64,000 bases of DNA, from contig CP075495.1 of the NCBI GenBank assembly GCA_021613535.1, positions 5,952,001 to 6,016,000 on the forward strand. The letters are read 5' to 3'. The notes below the pieces were generated by a model. The model saw only the letters and a program-made list of their open reading frames with translations. It was not told the DNA's origin and searched no databases. The DNA is from Adineta vaga (Eukaryota > Animalia > Rotifera). Made by a program: the position numbers and the translations under genes. Shown here one piece after another: positions 39,176 to 50,783 of this stretch; position 1 is the stretch's first letter, and each line of letters starts with the position of its first letter.

Positions 39176-41849
39176 ATGGCAAGACAACGTTCCGAAGCTG
39201 TGGCAGAGACTATGTCCAAGCCGCATAATATACGTAATATGTGTGTTATTGCACATGTTGATCATGGTAAATCAACATTGACCGATGCATTAGTGTATAA
39301 AGCTGGTATTATTACCGAACAACAAGCTGGTCAACGACGATTTACTGATTCATTAGAAGCAGAACAAGAAAAAGGCATAACAATCAAATCATCGGCTGTT
39401 AGTATGTTCTATGAATTAGATGATCAAATTCTTGGTATGTAGTTTATGAGAAAGGCTGAACTCTCTTTAGAAGGATATATATTCATATATTTTGTATAGG
39501 TGATTTGAAACGGGACGGTAATGGATTTCTAGTCAATCTCATCGATTCTCCAGGTCATGTTGATTTTTCATCAGAAGTTACAGCTGCTTTACGTGTAACT
39601 GATGGTGCATTACTGGTTGTTGATGCTGTCTCAGGAGTATCTGTACAAACTGAAACTGTTCTTCGACAAGCTCTTTCTGAGCGTGTACAATTAACCTTAA
39701 TTATTAACAAAGTTGACCGTTGTATATTGGAACAAAAGGTAGAACCGGAGGAACTCTATCAAAAATTATCGGGTATCATTGCACGATGTAATGCATTGAT
39801 TGCAACTTATCGAAGTACTGATGATGCTATTTATTCGGATGAACATTTCAATCCAAAAATAGGCAATGTTGCTTTTGCTTCTGGTAAACATGGTTGGGCA
39901 TTTACCATTCCTCAATTTGCCACGTTTTTGGCAGAAAAAACGAAAGCAACAAAAGAAAAATATATGGATCGCTTATGGGGTGAATCATACTATTCATCAT
40001 CGAGTAAGAAATGGTTGTCCTATGAACAATCAAGATCATCTGATGATGCTAAACGTGGTTTTACTCAATTTATCCTTCAACCACTCTATCAAATCCTCAA
40101 TGCATGTGCCGATTTAAATATGGAAGAAGTTCGAACATTATTGTCGAAAATCGATGTTAAATTAACGCCTGACAAACTTGATGCAAGTATTCTCGATAGT
40201 AAAACAATTACGTCCAATGTAATGAAACGTTGGTTACCAGCTAGTGAAGCTATGTTACATTTAATTGTGCTTCATCTTCCATCACCTGTTCAAGCACAGG
40301 TTTATCGTATTCAACATTTATACGAAGGACCTCAAGATGATCAAGTCGCATGTGCAATGAAAGCTTGTGATCCTAAAGGTGATGTCATGGTCTATATTAG
40401 TAAGAAAATTCCAGCACAAGATGGATCTCGTTTTCTTTGTTTTGGTCGTATCTTTTCTGGTACAATTGTTTCGGGTACTAATGTTCGTATTCTTGGTCCT
40501 GATTTTCAACCCGGTTCAAATACTGATCTACAAATTAAAAATGTCACAAATGTTGGTGTTATGGTTGGTGATCGTTGTATTTCTATGAATAGTGTACCAG
40601 CGGGTAACGTTGTTGCATTAACTGGTATCGATAAATGTTTATTAAAAACAGCAACAATTACAACAAATGCTGAAGCACATAATTTTCGTGTAATGAAATT
40701 TTCTGTTAGTCCTGTCGTACGTGTTGCAGTTGATGTTAAAGATCCAGCTGATCATGCTAAACTTGTTGATGGTTTGAAGAAATTAGTTCAAGCTGATTCA
40801 CTTGTACAAGTTTTGAATGAAAATGGACAACAAGTTATTGCTGCTGCTGGTGAATTACATTTAGAAATCTGTTTAGCTGATCTAGAAAAAACACATGCAC
40901 GTTGTCCATTAAAAGTTGCAACACCTATTGTTACTTATCGTGAAACGATTATTGCAGAATCACGACAAACAGCATTCACTAAAACAACAAATAAACATAA
41001 TAAATTCTTTATGCGTGCTTTACCATTAGAAGAAGGTTTAGCTGAAGCAATTGAATCAGGTCGCATATCATCGAAACAAGATCCAAAAGTAAGATCCAAA
41101 ATTTTAGTTGAAGAATTTGGTTGGGATTTACCTTCAACGAAGAAAATTTGGGCTTTTGGACCACACGATAATGGTCCAAATATACTTGTTGATGCAACTA
41201 AAAGTGTTGATGGTCTGAGCAATATTCAAGATGCTGTTGTTGCTGCTTTTCAATGGACGACTCAAGAAGGTGTTGTAGCATCAGAAAATCTTCGTGGTGT
41301 ACGAATTGAATTATTAGATGCTGAAATTCATCGAGATTCAGGTATGATAAATTATATTTTTCAATTAAAAAACGACAAAAATTTAAATATTTGTTTTTTC
41401 CTCTTTTTTTAGCTCATCGTCGACCTGATCAAATCATTCCAGCTATTCGTCGATGTCTCTTAGCTAGTTTACATATGGCTCAACCACGTCTTCTTGAACC
41501 TATATTTTTGGTTGATATTGAATGTCCAACACGTATGATCGGTAAAGTTTATTCAACATTAAATAAACGTCGTGGTCAAATCAGTGAAGAGAATGAATTA
41601 CAAGGTACAACTTTAACTCGTATCAAAGCCTATCTACCAGTAAATGAATCATTCGGTTATACCGAAGAATTACGTCATGCAACAAGTGGTACAGCATTTC
41701 CTCAATGTCAGTTTGATCATTGGGCTATCTTACCTGGTGAACCATTTGAAATCAATACCAAATGTGGTCAAATTGTTAGTGAAATACGACAACGTAAAAG
41801 CTTATCTGAACAAATTCCTACCATAGAATCACTTGTCGATCGACAATAG
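39176..41849 (+). CDS. eEF2: Divergent eukaryotic elongation factor 2 paralog, 845 aa (exons 39176-39434, 39500-41341, 41413-41849)
   Basis: G1 [16 protein letters not shown]3 DSPGH, G4 NKVD. eEF2 signatures [49 protein letters not shown]. Length and absence of EFL1/Snu114 insertions match eEF2. Confidence 0.95.
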
Positions 41850-41925
41850 ACTTAAATCAATTTTCCTTTTCTTTTCTTTCCCAGTCTTTTCTTTATATAT
41901 CGATAAGGAAACAAAACAATAAAAA

Positions 41926-44239
41926 CTAAACATCAGTACCGAAATCTGATCTCATAACATGAAAATGTGGTAATAATGTTACTTTCGTTGTTAATTCAGG
42001 TGCATGAAATTTTTCTACAATTGATACGGATGATGTTGGTCGATCTAAATTCATTGTTGGATCGATTGTCTTCTGTTTCCTTCGATAACATAAGAAAATA
42101 ATAATTAAAATCAAGATAAAACAAATAAAAGAAAGAATAATAATTAAAATTATTAAAATAACTTGTTCAGAATATTTTTCTTCTTCAATCAAGGCAATCG
42201 ATGATCGAATCATTCGCGGAGTCGAACTAATTAATGGTGTCCAAAGACGTATTTCATCTGAAAGACTACGATATATTGTCGTACGATTTTTTGTTGAATC
42301 AAAATCAATAAGTATAAGACGATAGGAGATTTGACCAGTTATATTATGAATAATACCTAGGAGAATGGCTGCATTAGAAATTGGTGTTGTACTTGTAGGA
42401 GGTAAAAATTGAAATAGAAGAGAACGAGATTCGCTTGTAAATAACATCGATCCAAATTTAGAATCTAAAATAATCGAAAAGAAACGTAATTCATTCAAAA
42501 CTAGAATAATATAAATTTATACATGATATGATTGTTGCTAGACTATCTGTTACAGTAACAGTATGATTTCGTTGTTGACCTGATGCGATGAATCTCATAA
42601 CTTCATAACCATTTTGACGACAATTTGAATAACATTCTGGTTGACGTTTGGATGTACATGTACATAATGTACAATTATTCAATGGAAGATAAGATCCTTC
42701 CTATGATAGAAATAGAATTTCTTCTAATTTTTCTTTTGTTTTTACCTTAAAAATATAACCATTCAAATAGCATTGTTTCGGTTGTCGACATGATATACAA
42801 CAACTATCCGATCGTGATTCTTGAATTTCATTTTCCAAACAAAATTGATGTTCACATTGAATACTTTTACATATAATTCGATTATGTCGTCGACATGTAC
42901 AATATTGACATGCTGATGTATACCAAATATCATGTTCATAATAGATTTGATAACCTTTATTACCATAGAATCGACAAACATGTCGATTACTACATATTGA
43001 ACAACAACTATTTGGTAAACGAATTAGTTTTTCATTCTAAATACAAATTAATAGAAACGATTGTAAAAATCTTTTTGAAAATTAATCATTTCACATACAG
43101 ATTTACATTGTAAGATTGGACATGTTTCTTCTGTACATATAGTTAATCCATTTTGACAACGGCAATGTGTACAATTACTTTTTCGACTCCAAACATCACC
43201 ATTCTAAATCATGCATGAAATAGAAAAGTTTGTTTTTATTTTCCTTGTTTTCTATCACTAAATTAGTCATCACTTTACTTGATAAATAAGACCTGCTTGA
43301 TCATGACAAACAGTTGCTCGACATACTGGACAACATTGACCTGGAATGAATTGAAGCGACTAGAAATCAATATATTTAGTGTAATAGAAACTGAAGATTC
43401 ACATTCAATCATTCCTACTTCACGACAAGTTTTTATGATTGGACATTGTTTAATGTAGCAAATTGATGACACATTTTGTTTGGATGCTGGTTGTATACAT
43501 TGGCATATGATACATGGTAACGGTGACCAGACAGAATTTAGTTCATGAAATTCATTATCAAATAAACATTTGTCTACTAAAATTAACAAAAAGTATTTGT
43601 TTAACAAACAGAAGAAAAAAACGAAATGTTTCATCTAAAATAAACAAACTCGATAATTACTTTGTGAAATGGATGGACGACAGATATTATCACAAAATAG
43701 TTGACCATCTCGACAACGACATTGAAGACAGGATTCGGGATAGAATATTGTATTATGCTAGATAGGAGAAAAATAAAAATGAGTAAGCAATGAAAAACAA
43801 CATATTTGTTTACGTACAAGGATAGCAGTACCATCATAGAGACAAGAACGTCGAACTGATGCACATATGGGACAACAGGAACCTGTTTTAATTGTTAATT
43901 GTTCACCCTAAATGTAATTTTATATTTGTTTAATATTTAAAATAAAATTTTATTCTCCTACCATTCGACAATCTTTCGATAATTGACATGTTCGATTTCG
44001 ACAAATAATAATCTGATTTGGTAAACATTTACATGTTTGACAAGACTCTCCTAATGTCCATTCAGTATTAATCTTAAATAAGTAAAAACAAAACTTTGTC
44101 TATGATTGATTTAGCGATCACTTCTATTTATCTTTACCGGATAAGTCGTAGAATTATATTCACATCCAAATTGATTTGTATGAATAGTATTCAATAAAGA
44201 GAAAATTAATAGAAGTAAAAGAAAAACTTGTGATAACAT
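41926..44239 (-). CDS. Type I membrane protein with multiple VWC (chordin-type Cys-rich) repeats, kielin/CRIM1-like
   Basis: Signal peptide MLSQVFLLLLLIFSLL; repeated W..CxxCxC..CxxxxC..CCxxC exons; TM VILIILIIILSFICFILILIIIFLCY-RRK; C-terminus GTDV. Confidence 0.8.
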
Positions 44240-44955
44240 GATTGCATATACCACATGACTTGATCAATAGAAATCATTAACTATCATCTATATAGAGAAA
44301 GAGAAAGAATAATTTAAATTAAATCATGATTATATCATTTGATTGATATAAAAAAAAACCTTTTCATATTGATTTCTTCGTTTATCTTGTTTAAATGTTG
44401 TTGATGATCTCTAGAATAAGATGAAAAATCAATCAAGATAGATTCGATATTCGTTAAACTTTCTCATTGTGCATTATGAACTATAATTGATTTCTTTCGT
44501 TGTTCTTTCTGATGATGCGAAGAGTACAATAAACAAAAAAAGGTTTCCTTTCCTTTTCTTTTTCTTTTCTCTCTTCTCTTCTCCTCTCTTCTCTCCTTCA
44601 TTCAATCGGAATGTTTTATGGACAACTCACTGATTGACATAAGCATACACACACAATATATACACATTTACCTCTTTTTTCAAGTTTCAATCATGAAGGA
44701 CTCTCGACTTTCACCAAACGAACATGTTCAAATGGCACTATAGTTTTTTTTTGAATTTTTTTTCCATTACTATTGTCAACATTTGTTGCTGATATTACCC
44801 TGACTTTCTGTTTAAATATACATACAATGACAAAAAAAAAGTTGTTTACCATAACAATCAAAAAGAAAACATTAACGCCTGACTAGACTTCGATTTACCT
44901 GATTGAATATATATGTACATAGAAAAATGAATTTGATCATTATCATTTTGAATGC

Positions 44956-44960
<5 letters not shown>

Positions 44961-44987
<27 letters not shown>
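44961..44987. repeat. (TC)n microsatellite
   Basis: Perfect tctctc run. Confidence 0.9.
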
Positions 44988-44993
<6 letters not shown>

Positions 44994-45321
44994 CCTACAA
45001 TAAAAAAATGATGTCATGACATCCGTTTCCTCATCCGATTTTCAAAAAGATTCAACATAGTGACACATTACTTTAGGAGTGTTAATTGCTTTAAATGAGA
45101 CCCTCAGACTACGACGTATTACTTAGATGAATAGATTAGAAGCATTTAATGCTAATGAGACGTACGACAATAGGTTCCGGTTATACACATACGGTTGAGT
45201 TAAAAGATAAATGAAATTCTGTCACGCTATATTGTCTCTCAGGACATCATACTTATTCATTGTCTTTGTATATATTGATCTGTGTATTTAGGAATAGAAT
45301 AAACTATAGATAGATGAATGA

Positions 45322-45350
45322 ATGTATGTATGTATGTATGTATGTATGTA
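45322..45350. repeat. (ATGT)n microsatellite
   Basis: atgtatgtatgt run. Confidence 0.9.
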
Positions 45351-47089
45351 CAATGCACTCGACCAGACAGAAAAATGGTAATCTAAGAAGAGCAAAGATT
45401 TATTATTGATGAACAACAGAGCTAACATGTTCAGTACAAATGATTCTCAAATGTGATTGATACTACCCTCGAGTAATGATTGTCATTGTAATAGAAGACA
45501 CATACATGTAGATCGATTTTTAACAAATGTCTTCATCATTTTACTTAGATATTCATTCGTTTTTTTCGTTTTCCTGTTTAAATTCGTAATGAAATAGGTG
45601 ACGACATTCTCATTGAAATTGTATTCGATTGTCTATTCGCAATCATTCAGTCATTGCCTCAAGCATTATCTTTAAATAAATATGCATATAAAGTAACTAT
45701 AATCTTGTTTATTATTATTCTCAATGTTGAATGTTGATATGATCAACTTCAGTCGGATTGAAGAATGTAAATATAAGACGAAAGAGAAGACATTTCACTT
45801 TACATGCGTATGTTGTAAAATATTTTTTGTGTGTCACTGTAAATGATTTTTTTTTTCTTATTCACAGATTTCTTACAAATATCCTGAAGAAAAGAGAGAA
45901 TAATATAAAAATACATTATGTCTATAGAATGATTTCACGATTGTATCCGGTTGTGATGTAAATAATATCTGTGATCATAAATGAAACAGCTGTTTAATCC
46001 AAACAAAATAGTTCAAATGATGTTCTTTTGTCCGTTTTTATTCATTATAAAAATACAATTCGATGTTTATTCACGTCACAGATGTGAACAACTGATATTA
46101 TTTTATTTCTGATTTATAGAAAACGATTGAATAGGAAAAGAAAATGAACGCAATCATTGAACAGTTTATTTTATCAGTATGAACTTGCAGAATTACTTCT
46201 TTTCGAATAGTTTCAGTTTTGGTTGCTATCGCTTGATACTATCCGATATGATTCGATTGGCAAGTCATTCAACAAACTATGTAAGAAGAAAACGATCACA
46301 GATAGTATTGATTGTTAAACTATGTTGGGTAGGAAATGATTCTTGATTAAATTTGGAATTAATCCAAAAACTATTTGATTGACTAGTTAAAGGATATGAT
46401 TGTCGAATAATACTATTGGAACCAAATAATGATTCATTGATATGAAGAAGTGGAAGATGATGATGATGGACTATTACTACTAGTAATAGTAGATGAAGAA
46501 TCGCCATTAAGAAAGTCAATTTATATTGAAATATTACAAAAAGAATGAAAAGAAACTTGAAAATATGTTTTACATCAAAGGTTGTTCACGCTAATGTTAG
46601 ATTATAGGATGCAACATCGATTAAACCTTCAACATATTAATTACTGTTCTATAGTTGCTAGCCAGATGTTTGACACTCGGATTGATTTGAAGGCGGACAA
46701 TTATTATTAATCGAAAATGTTGAGAGTTGAAGATTTCCGGTAGCCATATATACATCGCATTTATTGTATGATATATATCAGAACTAGACAAAGCTTCAAT
46801 ATAAAATTGAGTTAAACATATGATAGGATGCATTCAAGTAAAGTAGTCGTCGATGAAACAGAACACATTAATATATAAAGTTAGACGTGTTATGTAAGTT
46901 TAGTTTATTGAAATCAAAGAAAAGAAAACTAAATAAACTCTCTAAACTGGCTTACATAAAATCGAATACATATTTTGTAAAAACATTCGATTCTACTAAA
47001 CTTTAATGTTGTTCTCTTACAGACATTGTTTGTATACGGGTTAACACTAATAGAGAAATAGAAAGTACGACGAGTCATCAGGATACATC

Positions 47090-47994
47090 TTAATGTTTGC
47101 CACCTGCAGCTATTTTCTTCGCATCACCGTGTCCATGTCCATGTCCACCTTCAGTTAATGCTTTTGTTGGTCGTGGTGGTGCACCAATAGGATCAAGTGC
47201 TTCATCTGGCATAACCCATTCATGCTTATGTGGTAATAATTCTCCACCTTGTTCGACCCACCAACGTAATGAATCTCGTTTTTCATATGGTAAAAATTGA
47301 ACATCTTTCAATTTATCATGTTCATCTTTGTCCCAAACACGTGGATAGACAGCTTCCGGCATATAAAATGAAGCTAAACATAAAAAACAATAATGATTGT
47401 CTTGTTTAAGTTTAATAGAAGAAAAAAACGAAACAAACCCAATTCAAGGTGACTTCATCAGCAGGAGGTACATTATCCCATCGATCGAATTCTTTACGTA
47501 ATTTTTCTACTTCAGTTTCAGCTACTTGAATAAATTCTTGGGCACGTTTTTCTTCAGTTTTAGCATATTCTTCTAATTCTTTCATACGATTTGCTGCATC
47601 TTTTGGATAAGCAATTTGGGCATTTTCATACTAAATGAGATTAATTTTTAACTATGTAAACAAGATCAAATATTTGTTTGTTTTTCTTACTTCTTTTTGT
47701 AGTTTATCAACCAACGTTGGATCAGCTACCATTTTTCGGTAATATGAAAAATCAATCTTTGGTAATGAATCGGATAAAGAATTCATTCTAATAAATAAGA
47801 ACAAGATTCATTTATGAAATTAATTGTCAAATTTCTTCTACTTACTTAATTGCAGCCTGACTCCATTTAGCTTGAAGATTCGATACAGTTGTTGTATGCG
47901 ATCCACTTAATTTTAATAAACGATTCCAATCTATTTTGCTGCCAGCAAAACGAGATGCTGCTGCTGCCGCCGATCGGCCAACTTGTTGGGCCAT
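47090..47994 (-). CDS. ATP5PD: Mitochondrial ATP synthase subunit d with a C-terminal extension (4 coding exons)
   Basis: KIDWNRL..SLPKIDFSYYRKMVADPTLVDKLQKEYENAQIAYPKD..VPPADEVT..PE. Confidence 0.88.
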
Positions 47995-48491
47995 GAAGAT
48001 TCTAATTTAAATCTGAAGGAAAAGAAACGAATGGCTTTGTTTCTAAAAACAAATTAAGTGCGGCAATAACCCTCAGGAAGACTAATCGATTTTGATAATC
48101 AAGAATTTTTCATGTCGAATCAAAGTTCTCATCATCGGGTATGCGCGCACATAATATATAATTGAACATCTAATTTCATCTTTCATGCAAAAGGGTAATA
48201 ATTGGGACTCGAACCTTGTTCTTTCGTCTAAATCAATTCGATTAAAATAGTATTATGAAAAGAAAAATGCAAACAAGAACATATTAGTCTGATCTTTTCA
48301 TTTTGGTTGTTTTCTTTTTGGTGATAGAAATACAATAATGCTAGAGAAGTTTGATTGAATATCCAAAAGGAGAGAAGAAGAAAAAAAACAAAATCATACC
48401 ATTTGTCGTAAAACCAAGAAGGAGAAAAATACAAAAGAGTGAAAGAAAGAATAATAACAACTACTGTATAGGATATTTTGTTTTTTTTTCT

Positions 48492-49060
48492 TTAATCAAG
48501 ATCATCAGGTGGAATACCCAATTCTGCATCACTAAATTTCGACATATCAGGATAATGAGCATGACCTAGAAACCACGTAGGTTCTTTCATAAAACGCCAA
48601 AAAATATACCACCAAAACCAAATGGAAAGAATGAGAGCAGCATGATACATCCACATATCATAAATATGTGCTTGAGTTCGATATGGGAGAGTAAGAGCAA
48701 CTTGACCAAATGCAGGACGATAATCATGATAATTAGATCGTTCTAAAAGTTAACAATATTCATTGATTATTCAGTTGAATACATTTGAAACTGAATTCGT
48801 TTACCTTGTACAAAACTTATATTTGGATCTTCTGATTGATTTTCATATTTCGATTGAATTCCTGAATGATGACGCCAATCATGAGTTTTTCTCAATTCTG
48901 GTTCATGATGGTGACCATGGCCATGGGCATGATCGTCATGATGATCATGAGCTTTTCCTGTACCATGGTGTCCAGCTGCAGTAGTTGGTTTCGTTGATGC
49001 ATAAATTCTTGGTACGAGTCGAGATGATGATGAAAAAAGTTTCAAAATCGCCCGATTCAT
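48492..49060 (-). CDS. NDUFB2: Complex I accessory subunit NDUFB2 (AGGG), 2 exons
   Basis: C-terminal WWYIFWRFMKEPTWFLGHAHYPDMSKFSDAELGIPPDDLD matches the NDUFB2 signature; N-terminal mitochondrial targeting peptide. Confidence 0.88.
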
Positions 49061-49266
49061 TTTTTATTTAACTTTTTAATCTAAAATAAACCGAAAAAAA
49101 GAAATGAAATCTAATTTTATAAACTTTTATGTTTGTTTCTTTCTTCTTTTCTAAGTATATATGTATAAATTATACGTTTTTACTAAGATGCAAAAGACAA
49201 AAAAAAGAGAGTGAAACAAAGAAACTGAAGAAGAAGAAGAAATCGGGTTTGAAGTTATAATTTCAT

Positions 49267-50752
49267 CTAAGCCGTTCTTGGTAATGTACCAAGTCCAATT
49301 GAATTTGAATAAGCTTCAAGTAATTCAGATGTTTGTTTCTTAGCTAAATAATTGCGTGTATCATTAATCCAGGATTGTGCTACATTACGAGGTTCACCTG
49401 ATAATAATTGCATTAGACGTAATGCATTATACCATTGATTATGTTCTAAATATGATTGAACATAATTTAAAATTGTAAATGTACTTAATTGATTGAGATC
49501 AATGGCATCATCAGTTAAAATTGAATCATCACGTTGTCGAACAATTAATAAACTTTGTAAATAGGAAAGAAAATAATTCCATAAAGAATTATGTTCATTG
49601 TCGATTAATGCTAAACGACGACATAATTTATTGACATGAGAAAAACGTTCACGTAAGACTTCTTCATTCGTTACAGGTAAATCATCGGATTTTAATTCAT
49701 TTAAAAGTATATGAACAAACTTTTCATTAGGAACTATTTTTGAAATAACATCAATATCATCTGCTGTTGTTTTACCATGAACAATTTGATTGAGAATATT
49801 CTGAGCTTGAATCCATAATTGTTGTGCTTGACGGCCACGTTGTTGACTATCATAATTTGCTTCAATTGCTTGTTCAATAGCGTGTAAACGATCTAAAGTT
49901 GATCGTAATTGATTTTGTAAATTTAAATTAATCTTTATTGATTCATTTTCAAGTTGTTTTTCATATTCACGTGCCCATTCTTGATATTGTCGTGAAAGAA
50001 CATCAGCTAAATATTGTGTTAATGCTTGATGTTGTAAAACAATTTCATATTTTAATTGTTCATCAAATTGTTGACGAAGATTTTTTTCATAAGACTTCAA
50101 TTCTTCGGTTAATTGTTCTGTGGTTTTTTCGACACGTTGAAGGACACGTTCTTCAACAAGTCGATCAATATCGGACCGAGCAACTTCGACACCGGCTTTG
50201 ATGGAATCCGATTCATTAATACGCATACGTGCAATATCATTTTGAAGTTTAACAATACGACGATGTGCATGAACTAATAAAGCTTGTAAATCTTCATGTG
50301 TTAATTGTGTGGGATTTTTACCAGCTAAACTTGGAAACATAGTTTCAATTTCTTTTTGAAAAGATTTTGTTGCTTCATCGATATACGTTCGAAAGTTTTT
50401 TACAAATGTCGATGTTGTATATTGTTTATGTAATTCTTGATATTTTTCATCAAGTTTCTTTTCTTCAGGATGAATTTGACCATTTGTTGCTGTTGTATAG
50501 TCAACTAATTTATCTTTCCATTCACGAAGTTTTTCTGTTACTTTTTCATAAGATGTTTTCACTTGTTCTTGTAATTGTTCTGCTTTTTTCCATGTTTCAT
50601 GATCCGAAGTAGAAATATGAGGATTATCAATTAAAGTTTTCATATGTGAAATATGTTCACGTGCAGCTGCTAAAGCATCATCCATTTGAGTAGATAAAGG
50701 TGCAAATAATTGACTGATTTCTTCTTCGAGTCTAAATGAAATGAAAATATCG

Positions 50753-50783
<31 letters not shown>

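Noticed and set aside
39176-41849. Calling the EF2-like gene EFL1/Ria1 or EFTUD2/Snu114
   Set aside because: It is 845 aa with no acidic N-terminal extension or large domain II insertion. eEF2 signatures and the diphthamide-position His are present.
46100-46870. Short ORFs on both strands (e.g. 46277-46519, 46621-46833)
   Set aside because: Low-complexity gat/tac repeats, no recognisable motif, and no consistent spliced model could be built.
47374-47450. Apparent frameshift at the last ATP5PD intron
   Set aside because: The first GT (after TGG) is out of phase, but a GT 4 nt further on (T|GTTTCG) restores the frame. A 1-bp assembly error is also possible. Not evidence of pseudogenisation.
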